Positions 27,044 through 40,969 of a DNA stretch of 64,000 bases are shown here, in pieces. The stretch spans positions 1 through 64,000 of the forward strand of contig JAQGDQ010000298.1 in the NCBI GenBank assembly GCA_030141605.1, given 5' to 3'. The notes beneath the pieces were generated by a model. The model had not been told where the DNA came from. It ran no database searches and was given only the letters and a program-made list of their open reading frames with translations. The DNA comes from Tubiluchus corallicola (taxonomy: Eukaryota > Animalia > Priapulida). The first letter of the stretch is position 1, and every line of letters begins with the position of its first letter. A program made the position numbers and the translations under genes.

Positions 27044-30000
27044 TTAGTCGTCATCGCTGAACGTTTTCTTTTTGTTGAAGCCGCCTCCGCCACCACCACT
27101 CCCGAAACCTCCTCTTCCCCCTCTGCCAAAACCTCCACGGCCACCACCTCTGAATCCCCCACCGCGACCACCTGCAAAGTGATGAAACTGATTTAAGTTA
27201 TGCTACACACAATGAACGCCTGCATAATTTATGCTGTTTTTAGCTACTTGTACAGCTTAAAAAATGTTCATTAACAGTCTGTCAATTTAATTGTATGTCT
27301 AATCGCAATTTACTTATCAATACATACACAGTCAGGAGGCATATACGCTATACAGCACTTGTAATATCAACTTAAAGGAAAACCGGATGATTGTGTAAAC
27401 ATCAGTTCCGAATAAAGAATGCTCTAAAATATGGAAAACTAGTTTCTGTCGTCATATGACGTAGAACCCATTTTCGTGACATCACGCGTTTAAGCAGTAC
27501 TGTAAAACTTACGCAAATGTGCTTGATGCACAAGGGAAGATGCCTACCATTGTACAAACTGTGGTTAGTTTCTGATGTAAGAAATAGCTGTGTTCGGTTG
27601 CCTTTAAGTAATTTCTTAAGCTAATTATTCAAATATAAGAAACAATTGCTAACTTTTATAGGCAAGAAAATGTATATCTTGGACAGTAAATTAAAATGGG
27701 ATTGAGTCTAAACAATCGTCCGGTTTTCCTTTAATGCTACAAATAAACATGTGGAAACACGTCCATGCAGGTACTAGTTTCTGTAAAGTTAAACTGCAAC
27801 TGCATTTAATCAGATGCAAAATTGACAAAATATGGATACTTAAGTATTTTGTCTAATTGGGAGCTAAATGTTGTAACACATTCGCTAGATGATGAAGCCA
27901 ATAATGCAAAATACCTGCTGATGTTTGAATATTTTATTTATCAATTTGTCCCTGATAAAATTAATTTTTTCTGGTTAAGTTTAAGAAGTACATTTTCAGA
28001 AACAGACACCCATACAGCACTCAATTACTAAACTTGGGCAGAACAGAATTTTATCCTATTTGCTGAACAACCAGCAATTGTGGACTCATATAGATCGAGC
28101 GATTAAAGTACAAGACAACACTTCATAAATGTGTAATGTAATGTAATAGTGTAATGCTAGGTAATGTAACTTTATAACTTTGTATGGAAAGTCATTTGGG
28201 ATGTACTTTAAAATTCCCATTTCTTCCCTTTTAGAATTGCTCATGATTTATATGGATTGAAAAGTACCAACATTGCATAAGCTTCAAATGTACATACCTC
28301 TTCCTCCTCTACCTCCACCACCTCGAGGTGAAAATGAATCTCTGGACGACCGGTCTTGCGCGTAGTCTACGTTGATCGATTGGCCATTAATCTGTCCGCC
28401 ACTTTTCATTTGTTTGTACATACGAGTCGCTTCCCCTGGAGTATCGTACTCCACAAAGGCAAACCTAGGGTAAACCGGTATAAATAATGCAAATGTAAAG
28501 CAGCTGAAGATGTATCATTGCAGTGTTATAGGATTTTATGTCAGCTATGTGATAATTTGGTTTACTGGCAATTACCTGTATGTAGTGTGAAACAGACAAA
28601 TTAGCTAAATGTTTTCTCAGGAGACGTCACCAATTTGCATTTTTTATTGGAAGTTTTAACATCAAAATTTTATCAGTTTGTTAAATTCAGAACCAAAGAT
28701 AAATTGTTTGATGTTCATACATTTTGCTGTTTAAAATAGTTTTCAATAAAAACCTACTGCTTTCAGTTTACTGATAGGTTTGATTTGCAAATTGCTGTCG
28801 GTACTATGTAAGATCAGCACGGCTAAGTGCGATTTAAATCAAAGCGGACTACCAAATACTGAAATACATGGCAAAACGTGACGGAAACCCCCATTAAAAG
28901 TATCCCTGGGGAACTGTGTTACACAATTTTGACAAACTTACAATTACAAATATTTCAGAAAATTTAAAAAACTATACAAAGCAATGTAGAAGCATGACTT
29001 GACCATTGAACAGTGCAAAACTTTCTGCAGGTAAACAGTTACCATAACTAAAAAATTTATCCTACAACTTGGATTTATTTCAAATGTCGTACCGCATTAC
29101 AGTCATCGTCTTTGTAAAGCCACTTTGGGACGTCAAGTTAGGCATATTTACATGCTTCTCTTCTAAACGATATACGTTTGGTTTTTTCCAGATTAACAAA
29201 TAACACACTGTGTTCTGTAACGAACTTTGCATACGAGCCAATCATGTTTTTTAATGCCGTTAATGATGGCGCAATAAGAGTAATGTTATAAGCATAGTCA
29301 AGTGCACCTACAAACTGATTTAACAAATAGCGACCTACAGCATGTCTCCCTCAATATGCATCCTACACTATGCGTCAGTAGTAACAATAAGCATTAATTA
29401 CTTACGTGCCATTTTTGCCAAATCTGACATTCTCAGACTCAAATGCCGCTTTCACCTGATCTTCAGTAACACTGCCAAGACGACCAACGAATAATACCTT
29501 GGACACTCCAGCTTCTGTGAAGAAAAAAACACAATTTTCGGTCTCCAGTATTCTTAACAGCCTGTGCGCCTACACTCATATCTCGGTTTGCCGGACAACG
29601 GAAAAATGGGACAAAATCTGGATTAAAAGTCCCGCATACAACAGACACAGTCCGAGGTTTCGTGAGTTGACTGCTAGTTAGCAGGCCATCACTTTGTTTA
29701 CATCACTGCTACCAAGCAGTGTGTAACAACATATTCGTACCTTGTATGTGAGGAGCGGCCCGTAATAGACATTTATGAGATAATTAGGCAATTGATTATA
29801 CAACACCGTGAGTCTAATTCACGGCACCTAGTATGAGTAAATACGGACAATCTGCAATCGGACTGACGTCTCCCCGCTTTTGCCCGGCAAACTGAGATAT
29901 TGTGTAACTGAGTTACTGTATAGTAATCTTACAGACCAAATAAAGACACGGTATGCGATTTTTCTGAAGTGCAGCAACAACCAGCTGCATAAAAGTCACA

Positions 30001-33000
30001 GTAGTAAGATTCAACGCACTACAATTAATAAGTACAGTCGAACCTTGTTATACCTTATATTACAATGTCAGTTTCCATTACATCAATTTAGCCTTTGAAA
30101 AGCACAATCATCGTTTTTTTCATCTGTCTGTTAACAAGGTTGATAGACAGAATTCCACTTTACAAACGTTGCTTGCAGTTTTATTAGCTAGATTTAAACT
30201 CAGGTGTAGTAGCTACCATGCTAACAGTAGGCGGCGCTAATAGCAAAAAACGGACAACTAGCTTTTAACGAGAGTTTGCAATGATTGATTGGAACTCTTC
30301 ATTTTAATGAATCTTGAGGTAAAGTTTTGCATGGAGATTAACAAAATGGTGCCCCAACGATATAACAAAACATTTATACACACGAGACAAATCGTACGTA
30401 ATTTTTGTTAAAGAAACATTATTACACTTGCAAACAAAGTACCTGACACCAACATATAAATTTTTAAAGACATGAACAGTCTGCTGTTAACTGATAAATA
30501 ATTAATAAAAGCCTTCAGACAAATGCCTCGTTTTGTCAACATTGTGTCAATGTGTGGATTAAGCACAATGATCTGACTCGTCATCTTTCGTCATCACCAG
30601 GCACCATTGATGTTAAAAGCACATATTTCTTCAATTTATCAGCAAGCCCACGTCTCTAATATTATAGTATAATGTGTCTTGCATGCAATTTTGAAATATG
30701 TAACGGCAAATATACGAAAAATGAGTTCTATTCTGTCACTTGGTCACCCTATTCCATCATTACATAAAACTTTCAAGTGGTTTATCGGTAATTTTCTTTA
30801 GTAAGTACCTCGGGCAGACAGAACGTTTATCAAAGTTTATTGAAATAAAGTGCTACACACAGCAGTTTGACAAAATACTGTCAACAGGGCCAGATTAAGA
30901 TCTTTTGTGGCCCTGGGATAAGGAAATTATGGGCCACTCTCAGAAGGAGCCACTCCACCCTCTAACTTGCCCACACCCGTTTGAATGTTTTTACTCGTGA
31001 TACACTTTAGCGATAGTTATATTGTTTGAGGTAAACTTATATCAAATTCTTTATATAAACTGGAATAACTAATTTTGTTATCACTAGGCTCATTCATATA
31101 TTCCATTCATTTGCTTTAAAGAGCTCAAAACCATCAGAACATTTTACATAAAAAATGAAGGGCTTGCCATTTGTTCCTCATAAACATATCCAGACATCAT
31201 ATTTTAGAGACCACAACAATTAGTATGATTAGTATGCTGGTACGTTCTTTCACAGAAATCTACTTTTGTGCTTTGAAGCACAAGAAAACCCTCCACTTGT
31301 ATAAAACTTAAAAAATTCGTCTTGAAATTTTATACCACTGACTTTTTGCATGCATGGCTTCCGTCAGCAACAACGCTGTATAAAATGTGTAAATTTAAAC
31401 TCACGTGATGAAAGTTAGATGCAGTCATTTTAATGATAAGTCGTTTGATACAAGTTTAGATAACACTGGGTAAAGTTAGAAAAATAATCAGAGCATTCGT
31501 AGCATACAAGGTTGCTAATTAAGTAAAATTTTAAATTACTGTATCTTGTCAATAAGATTAAAAATACGTTTTTGGCTAGTGAGTGGCTCGCCCTGGAGGG
31601 GAGTCAGTGACATTTTACCAATTGGCACGAACATTTTAAATTACTATTTCTAGTTACATAAATCTTTCCAGCACGTAAGCGAAATGATAAGTAATATAGA
31701 TTTGGATGGAAAGTTTTTTGCACATAATTGCTTTTTATTTCTCTGATTTACGTAGGTGACGTCATGCAATGACGATTTTGGAACAGTATTGTCAGAGATT
31801 TAAAATGAAAACAAACAAAAATTATTTTTAACGCGAATGCAATATATGCATAAAATTGCTATAAAGTAATAGAGTTTTTCAAGACAATTTTTCCGAAACC
31901 CCTTTCAGGTACCCCTTTTTCTTGTTCTTAAACTATACAGTGAGCATGAACTGCAAATGATCCAAACATACACAAATTTAAATCATTCAATGTTTTCATA
32001 TCATCAATATTTCCGCTAAATAATAAATTTAATGAATGATGTTTCAAAACAAATATTGACAGTCCTATTCAGTGATACTAAAGTACATACCTCCACTAAA
32101 AGATTTTGGTCGGTCGCCTCGTCCACCAAAGCCTCCGCCAAAGCCTCCTCCGCGACCACCTCCTCGACCGCCACCACGGTCACCACCTCGTGGAGTTGCT
32201 AGTTCCACATACAACTCGCTGCCGTTGAAATCATAGCCCTATAAATGGATTTCATAAAACCAATTATGAAGATTTAAATCATCACTGGTCGTTTGTGTAC
32301 AGGTACTGTGGAACTGCAGCGCCCAATATTTTCACTCAGTATTATCGATAATATTCAATATAATAAGCCTTTTTTCTTTAGTTATTTCTTTATACTTGCA
32401 CGAAACCAGAGCACATCAGGACAGTACTGTTTGCTTCACAGCCCAGCACAGTGGCGTCTTTGGCTGTTGTGCGCATGCACCCATGCACACATCTGAGCCC
32501 AGGTAGAAAAAGTACTGTTGCTCACACAGTTTGTTGTCAGCTGTCACGTGCTTACCGCGAATGGATCAAGCTTGAGCTGCGATAATTTACACTGTTAGTA
32601 AGCAAAAAATATTTTTTCGTTTAGGATTTTATCAAGATTATGTATAAATTTTGATGTTTGCTTGTTAAAAATTAAAATTACAAATTACAGCATTAAAATT
32701 GTGTGTTTGTTTTGTTTTACACAGTATTAAGACAATTGGTAAACATTTTCTGAAGTAGCAGCACCCCGGCTTAATTTCAGCTATGAGCTGCCACTGGAAA
32801 TCATTGCCTGCAAATGCGGTACACAAATGCAGGTAGTACAATAAACAATAGCATGAATGCCTTCAGACAAATGCCTCGTTTGTCAACACTGTATCATTGT
32901 GTGGATTAAGCACAATGATCTGACTCGTCATCTTTCGTCATCACCAGGCACCATTGATGTTAAAAGCACACATTTCTTCATTGTATCAGCAAGCCTAAAC

Positions 33001-36000
33001 ATTAGCTTAAATTTCTTTATAGGTTTCTTTGTTATATTTTTCCAAGTTGTTGAGATATCAGTAAAATAAAGCCTGCACACTAAATGACATTTATGGTAAT
33101 TTTCAGATTATGTGATTTTTTTTAATAAAATTACTGCACACCTGAAATTCTTCCAGCTTTGCTTTAGCCTCATTTTCATCCTTGTATTCCACATGACAAT
33201 AACCCTTAAAAACCGGAGGCACTCGAACATCAACGGCCCCTGTGAAAATTTCTTGAACATCTTCCAGAGACGTGCCATCGGGTAACCCCTTAACAAATAA
33301 TGTCGTTGAACCGGCCTGTTGTCTTGTCTTTTTTGCTGTGACTGTGCCAAACCTGGATGGTAAAAAATTTGAACATGTAAATTGTGTTGCTAAATTCTTT
33401 CACACGAAAAACCGTGAATCTAGAACATTCTATGTCAGTCAGTATCAGGACCGTAGAGTCGGTACATTAAATTCTTGACTCAGGCTTCAAATCCTAGAAT
33501 TTTAGAAGATCAAACTCCGACTAGGAATCCTAAAATTTCAGATCGAATTCCGGTGCCTTTAAAGCTACAGTGGAATTCCATCACTACTTATTATCGAAAA
33601 ACAGTCTAGTTGCATAGACACCAATAAGAAATCGCCCCAAGTAAGTGGAGTTTGAGTTTGTCTATTTTTTACCAACCCCAACACCGACTCGTCTAACAGT
33701 AAGTATACTCCTGAGGCCCAACTCCGACTCCAAAACCCTAATTTTTAGCAACTCGGACTTCGACTCCTTTACCAATAAGTTTACTACCGACTCCAACTCC
33801 ACGGTCCTGGCCAGTATATTATTAATGTCATCTTAATGATATTATTATATTTGTAAACCTTCAAAATCAGTAATGGGAGCCCCGAAGGCGGACCAGTGCA
33901 GCATGCTCACTGACCCCAGCAGCTCCTGCAGCCAACCTGGTGCCAAACGTATCGCTCCACTTTCCTTTAGACTACACCAGGGAGGAAGAGAGGGGGTTCC
34001 TGCAGTCTGGGCAACATTAATTTTAGATAGGGAGAGGATCAGTGTGTATGTAGTCACTGGACCCATACAATTATACTGAAGGTAAGTCAGCTGGTAGAAT
34101 GTAACAAGATTAGCACATAGATGGCAGCACCTAACTACACTGTACAATTCCAACTTCCACAATCATTAACAATGATACACTCATGCAGAGATGCTCTACT
34201 AACTATATATATATATATTGAACATTCTTACGAGCAATGAGCACATTTTCTATAATCCAGAATCTGCAATTAAGTATGTACAATTAAACTATTAGTACAC
34301 AACTATTAACAGAATCACAATGATATGATAAAAGATTGGTTCTGCAAGAGCAATCGTTTAAGTATGCTTTGCATTGGCAGAATCTGTTGAGTAGTAAGAA
34401 CTTGGGTCTCAGCAGTGAGATAGTGATTCGGACAATAACGACAATCAAAATGCAAAAGACGTGGGTTCGAGCCCCGGTAAAATATTCATTTCACTCGCGC
34501 AAGTTTCATTGACTACACATTTGTAAACGAACACGCAATCATTTTGCTTCTCCCCAAACACGAGCAGGTGCTAAATGCTCACATAGGCACTTCTTCATAA
34601 CCACTCCACAGCAAACTGTTTGTTCATAAATGCTTATAAACATAATTTAACTTTAATATACACATGCTACAACAGAGCTAGTGACATTATAGACTATTCT
34701 AATTTAGAAAACTCTTATGAGAACAACACTTGATGATTTACTTACACTTTATGACCCTCTGATCGTATTTCTTCAATAAATATTCCATGGTCTCGGAAAT
34801 ACATTGATACATCATGTTGAGTTTTCAATGGCAGTCCTTTTAACGATAATGTGACACTTTCTGAAATTAGCACACGATCGTGAAAACATGATTCCGAAAT
34901 TAGGACATGATCAAGAGAAAATAATTCACTACTAAATAAATGTTTGTGAATGATTTCAGTTTAATTTTCTAACTAAAAAAGCATTCAGGGAAAAGCAAGC
35001 ACAGGAAAAAATATGGAAATTCCAAGGCTCAATACTAGCGATGGGCGAGTAATAGATTAATCGAGTTAATCGTGGTTACAAATATGTATAAATCGATTTA
35101 TTCGACGATTGAACAAATTCATTTAATCGAGAACAAAATATACGCATGTTAGGAAGTGTTTTAGCACAAATAAACCGGTTTTTTGCATTTTTTTCTTCAT
35201 TTTCTCATCTTCCACAATGCACACAATTGTGAACCACAGTGTTACAAACTCTGGGCTCCAAATTTGCCGACACGTGACGTGTTCAGTGACATAGTCATAA
35301 TGTAGTCAACGAAAAAACAGGTATGTGCCTATAAACATAGTTCACAAGTATGAAAATGGCAGGCAATGATGAAGCTGCGAAGACGTTATAGGCTATATTT
35401 CACAGCAATCATACATTATACTAAATATAAAAATATTGGCTAAAACACTAAAAATCGCTGCAAAAGATAATCGTACTATCGAAGTACAAGAACAAGATTA
35501 TAATCAAATTTCAAAATTTCAAAAATCGTCCATCACTAGTCAATACTCATTCCTTACCCATTTTAGGTCCGTCATCTTCAATTACTTTATCTTCCTTTTT
35601 CGCCTTCTTCACAACTGGTTCCTTTTCATCATCATCTTCATCACTGGACGACTGAGCTTCGTCACCTTGGCCCAATTTTCTCTTTTTTTGCTTCATTTTG
35701 TTTTCTGTGGCAGTAGGTGCATCCTCATCGTCGTCGTCGTCATCATCATCTTCGTCATCTTCATCCTCATCTGAAGATTCTTCTTCCTCGTTCTGTTTTG
35801 CCATTAATCCTGTATTTGTTTCTACTTGCTGATTATCTTCATCCTCGTCGTCTTCGTCTGACGATGATTCTTCGTCTACCTGCATCTTTTGAGGAGCAGC
35901 TTTTGTTTTCTTTTGGCTTTTAGCTCCAGGTGGAGCTGTAGGCTGCTCGTCTTCATCTTCTGACTAGAAAAAGACAAAATAAGTTACAAGAAATGAAGAT

Positions 36001-39000
36001 TACGGATTTTTCTATGTACCAGATATACTACAATGCGTGTGTGTGTGCGCGCGCGCGTGTGTGTGTCAAATAAACTGCAGATGATTAGTGGAAGCCGTAG
36101 TTCAACTTCTATTACATGTTCTCTCCCGTCTTTGTCTTCTTTGTCGTTATTTCTCTTCCATTAGATGACAAATTCTTAAACATCTGATTTCAACGACAAA
36201 AATTCTAGGAAAAAATTGTGATGTCTTTCCTAGTGACACAAAACATAACTTAATTGGGCCTAACACAGACTTTTCCAATAGTGACACCACTACCTACACA
36301 TGGCTTAAACACTGTGTTCATCTAGTTTAATACCGTTTTACATATTAAACAAATGAGGAATCTTGACAATGGGATGGAAATACACTACACTATCCGTTAA
36401 TAAAAAAAACACAGCAAGAAATTAGAATCCGATCTCATCTGCATATAACAAATATAGATAAATAATTAAGCTGAAAAAGGAGCAGCTGCTAGAGGCTTGA
36501 AAACAAAATGACAAAGCAGTAAAAGTAATTTGTGGTTTTTCTGCACTCCAGTAGAAATAAAAAAACTGTTAAATAATGACATGGGGTGAAAGAGTTGGCA
36601 ATGGTGCTTGATTCCTTTATCTTATTGGATGAGACACGTTCTCTCAAACTCCGTAAAAACTGTGGTAAAAGCATGACATGAAAACAAAGACAATCATCAT
36701 CTTTCATAATCAAATCAATTTTGGAAAATAACTAAATCTCCAGATCAGCACAATACTATTATTGCTAAAAATTTATGCTTAAGCACAGTTAACCTCGGAT
36801 ACAAAGAACACCTCCAGACCGGAAAAAATCGTCCTTTATAAGTGAAAAAGAGCCTAATCTGCTTTGACACTTATGCGCCCTCTATCTATTCCCCACTTCA
36901 GTAGTCTTTTTGGACCATTTCTCGCAACATTTGGTACATACTAAACCAACTCTGTTAAAATTTACCTTCGAGCTAAATGTTTCAAACTAAACGTCTTATA
37001 AAAAACTAACATTTATATAAGAATACTGATTACGCGTAATATATGCACATATGGCCATTACCGGCATAATACACATAGTCTTTGGGTCGGCTTATACATG
37101 TACATAGTTTCCCGTTGTTCGCTTCCTGGCAAAAAAGTCAGTGATCTTTTTCTGAGTTAATTCAGATATGGAGATGTTACCGGCAAACGAATTACTTCTC
37201 TGGTAAACGACTATTGCGGATGGCGCTAATCAAGTCTAAGGATGAAAAAAGTATTTGGTCACAAAGACCCTTATACGCTTACTTGATTTCTATTGCATGG
37301 GACCTAGAAATGTCGCGTCTCATAAGCAAAAGTCCCTTACATCCAAGTACGATGATTTTTGTAAAAAAAAATGTTGCGAAAAATCGGGACCGACTTTGGT
37401 GATCCCTTATAAGTGATTATCCCTTATAAGTGAATACCTTATATCCGAGGTCAACTGTAATGCATTTAGACTTGTGACATTTAAAATAAAGGGAAAACAT
37501 GTTTTTAGTTAATTAGAAATAGAAAAAACATATAATAGAAAAAACTTTATATTGAAAACTTTAAAAATTGTAATAACATGATCAGCAATTGTTAAAAATT
37601 AATATGTTCATTCATATTACATTCATATCTACTGTTTTAACTATACACTGACGTGTGATACATACAAAGAACTTTAAAACTAAAAAAGCAAAATGTTACG
37701 CACTGATTCTGAAGAATCTTCCTCATCTGATGATTCTGCAGGTGGCGGCGGCGCTGGCGCTGGTTCCTTTTTGCCTTTCTTCTTGGACTTGTCTTTCTTT
37801 AGACCTGTAAGTTTGCCACAAAACATAACCAGAGGAAAAGTCAATGGGAAAAAAACAAATACCATGGGAGGTTATAGGAAGCCATTCATTTTTTTCTCAT
37901 GGCTTCATATTCAGTTTGCAATTTAACAAAAACATGCCAGTACAAGAAGGACACAGTTCGCAATTTAACAAAAAGATGCCAGTACAAGAAGGACACAGTT
38001 TGCAATTTAACAAAAACATGCCAGTACAAGAAGGACACAAAAAGATTTGGAAAACATGAAAGAGTTTCTTCCGAGAGTCCATAAACAATTAGGAGTAATG
38101 CAGCTAAACTTAAAGTAAAACAATGATGGCAACGAGGCAAAGAGAAGTAAAATGATCATTGCAACAAGGCAAAGAATAATAGACCATTGGTCGGTTTTTT
38201 ATTTCCCAATAATTCTTTGAATCATGTGGTTGTACCTGCTCCTTTTTTTGAAACGACAGAAGGGGGAGCCAAGCATGGGATTAAATTCTGGAGTTTAATG
38301 AAAGCAATCCTCATTTCTATGGTGATTTGTAAATGGCAAATGATAGCGCTTATCAATCTCGAAAGAAAGACTACAAGTCCAGTTAACAAAGAAACAAGGG
38401 ATGTTACTGAAATGAAATTTCTGGTTTGGTCTGCCAATAATTGCACTTTCAATTAGTTCCGGTTTCAGCGAAAATTGTTAAGTTTCATAGAAGAAATTTT
38501 GGATAATTTTCAGTAGCACTTTTTCAAAGTTTTTATAGTATTTATCCAATTGATCTTTTCTTTTTCTCCTAGATGTCAGAACAGCTGAAAAATCTTAGCT
38601 AAACTAGTTCAATTAACAGTCTGTGACATGCTTTTACTGGCAATGCGGCATATCTTCAGTGCTGACGACTGTGAAGTTTTACTGTCCCCAGATCCAATCA
38701 ACCGAAATATCAAACCAAGTTTGAATTTATTTGAGCCCTGATAGAAACCTACTTTGAGGCGAGGCAATTAATTTTGTCAACATGGATCAAAATAATGAAT
38801 GATGCACTAGATCTAAATAGTTCTTCGAACACCACCATAGAGAATTACATCTTTATGAGCACTAATCATACGTCCAGTTTTTCTCCAAGTGTATTTTGCA
38901 AAAAACGAGCAATTTAGGTAAATATAGTTAATAGAAGAGCCAAGGATCTCGGGGAACTGAGCTTATTTTAATATTTAAGCAAACTGTTAGAAGGAGATGC

Positions 39001-40969
39001 ACTGAGTACTCTAAACTAGCGCCGACGGGGAATGTGCTTTCACATACTAGCAACTCTCAAGTTCCGAAGGAAGCTAAAATTTCCACCTTACATACCGTTC
39101 ATGGCTACAGGTGGTTCTGCCTGTCCAATTTCTTCCAAAACTGTTGCTTTCTGAAACAAACACAATGGAACACATGGCAATCTGGATAGTAACCTAGTTT
39201 AAACTCTTCAACACCACATCATCATTCTACAGCCATCGTTTCAGCACCCCGTTGCCCAACGTTAGGTGACTAAAAAAGGGAGACCGTCTGATTTGACCCA
39301 GGGTGACTCAAATGTCTTGCTTTTATGGCGATATCCAATGAAATGTACTACATTATTGCGTCTCAATCTAACTTAGCTAGAAACGGCCAAACTATATGTA
39401 AAACCAATCAGATGAAGATTACCTACAGAGTGAATTTAAAAGTTTTGAAAATAGTGGTGCTGAAATAAATCCAGTCAACCAAAAAGGCGACGTAAAATAA
39501 CAATAACTGCTAATAATTTGTTATAATAATATGCAACATTGGCTTCTGTTAAACGCATCAACCATTCACTGCTCCATTTTTCAATTTCATTACTTTCAAT
39601 TACCTTCGATGCTCTGGGTGAAGTTATATATATATAATAATCTTTATTTGCCATTAAAATACATTGATAATCACTGATAAAAACTTTACAGAGATGATCA
39701 ATCAATGTTAGTTAATAAAAACTTACACTGCTAAAAGCAAATGCGTCAGTGCAATCTAAACTACTGTGCAGTAATGGAAAGTAACGACGAATAAAATCAA
39801 ACATATGTACAACTATGCACAAAAAAATGAAAAAACTATGATTTAATTAATATGGCCGTGGATATATGAATTCTCAATTAGTGTGCCATAATAGCCATAA
39901 TAGGCTTTTGCCATGGTGCCACTGAATTATACGCCTGACATTGTAGAGCAGGTTAAACACTATAATTGTTAACACTTTGTCACTGTGGTGTATAGTCAGG
40001 TGGGTTTTCATTCCTCTGCTAATAGAGTCCATTCAAGCCGGTATGAGGCCATTTTGTAAAAAAATAAATTGGTCTAAGACACCTCAGATTGGGCGATGGG
40101 ACGAGAAATAAAGGGATGTTTGTAAAAAGTGGCACACAATTAGTGACGTCACTCACAAAATTAAGATATTCAATTCAGTTTTATTGCACAAAATGAAAAC
40201 GATACCAGTATTATTAATTTTAAGAATTTTTTCACGTTGTCATTAATTGTTGGAATGTTTATTATTTTAACTATTGTAATGTCTGTTTTATATTTTTTCA
40301 TTTGTTTATTGCTTTATTTTGATCATTCCATTCAAGTCATTAACTAAACTTGTAACTAGTGTCATCTTTTTTTCTGATACTACAATATTAATTTACAGGG
40401 GGTGAGTGACTAGATGACCTAGCGTTTTTCCTCACCTCATCTCCTTGGATAAAGTTTTTTGTAAAATGGAATTTGTGACACATTATACGAAAAAGTAAAC
40501 GCCTCTGTCTGTGTCTATGAATGTATGATATCTAGTATAAATCAACATTTAATGAACTATTGTAAAGAAACCCATTGACAAAGAATTTTATGTAAGTGAG
40601 CTGTGTAGTACAGTTTAAGCTTAACAATGATTACCTTATAGCAACAGCAAGGAACTAAGTTTTTGGTACAGGAGATATTTTAGCTGAACTAATTCAGTAT
40701 AATGTATAATTATTTAACAGAAATTGGCGTGTTAACAATGGCTTAAAACATTATTTGGTGCTACATAAGAGTTATTTATATTGTATAAATATATAATTAC
40801 GTGTATATCCATATTATACATTAATCAGAAAGGAATAAAGCTTATCATAGGGGTACGTTGGGGGATTCCACTACAACTACCACTTCTGTTAAACAATTTC
40901 ATATCGTAATGCAAGTTCTTATCGTGAAACGAATAAGCTGCTTACCTTGTCAGACTTTTTCTTTCCCAT
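27044..40969 (-). CDS. NCL: Nucleolin (acidic N-terminus, RRMs, RGG/GAR), about 487 aa, 10 coding exons
   Basis: Exons 40946-40969 (MGKKKSDK), 39096-39150, 37704-37804, 35558-35963 (acidic tracts), 34746-34860, 33142-33352 (TLFVKGLP...KGYCHVEY), 32091-32238 (RGG), 29406-29514 (VLFVGRLG), 28298-28464 (FAFVEY...INVDYAQ) and 27044-27171 (RGGFGRGG...NKKKTFSDDD*). All phases match; total 1464 nt. Confidence 0.9.
27376..27730. mobile_element. Kolobok-like MITE, family A, internally deleted copy
   Basis: TTAA TSD on both sides; TIR AGGAAAACCGGA(T/C)GATTGT. Confidence 0.85.
30511..30602 (-). ncRNA. SNORD15: Box C/D snoRNA, U15/SNORD15 type, copy A (nucleolin intron, sense to host)
   Basis: Minus strand: GCCT-g-GTGATGA (box C), AGATGACGAG-t-CAGA (D'), TGTTGA (C'), ACGAGGCATTTG-t-CTGA (D), AGGC terminal stem. 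Both guides are complementary to the conserved 28S rRNA sequence CAAAUGCCUCGUCAUCU. Confidence 0.9.
32449..32796. mobile_element. hAT-like MITE
   Basis: Ends CAGTGGCGTCT and AGCTGCCACTG; TSD not confirmed. Confidence 0.45.
32858..32950 (-). ncRNA. SNORD15: Box C/D snoRNA, U15/SNORD15 type, copy B (adjacent nucleolin intron)
   Basis: Same boxes and guides as copy A; 5-bp terminal stem TGCCT/AGGCA; differences lie outside the boxes and guides. Confidence 0.9.
33852..34016 (+). mobile_element. Internal fragment of the 5S-SINE body (copy 3)
   Basis: Matches about 5028-5188. Confidence 0.85.
34405..34490 (+). mobile_element. Degenerate tRNA-derived SINE head
   Basis: B-box GGGTTCGAGCCCC; no full cloverleaf. 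Confidence 0.35.
35036..35538. mobile_element. hAT (Ac-like) MITE
   Basis: TIR TAGCGATGGGCGA / TCGTCCATCACTA; near-perfect 8-bp TSD CTCAATAC / GTCAATAC; AATCG subterminal repeats. Confidence 0.85.
36786..37457. mobile_element. Tc1/pogo-like MITE
   Basis: TIR CAGTTAACCTCGGATA / TATCCGAGGTCAACTG; subterminal CTTATAAG repeats. Confidence 0.8.
37910..38038. repeat. About 42-bp tandem repeat, 3 copies
   Basis: Unit approximately CAGTTTGCAATTTAACAAAAACATGCCAGTACAAGAAGGACA. Confidence 0.9.
38060..39000 (-). mobile_element. Probable decayed LINE ORF fragment
   Basis: Broken minus-strand frames such as ELLGNKKPTN, resembling the endonuclease-RT linker of CR1/L2-group elements. Weak. Confidence 0.3.

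Noticed and set aside
39176-39234. Further C/D snoRNA in nucleolin intron 1 (minus strand ATGATGA...CAGA)
   Set aside because: It is short, lacks a canonical CTGA D box, and I could identify no rRNA complement. I also saw no U20, U23 or U82 guide sequences by eye.
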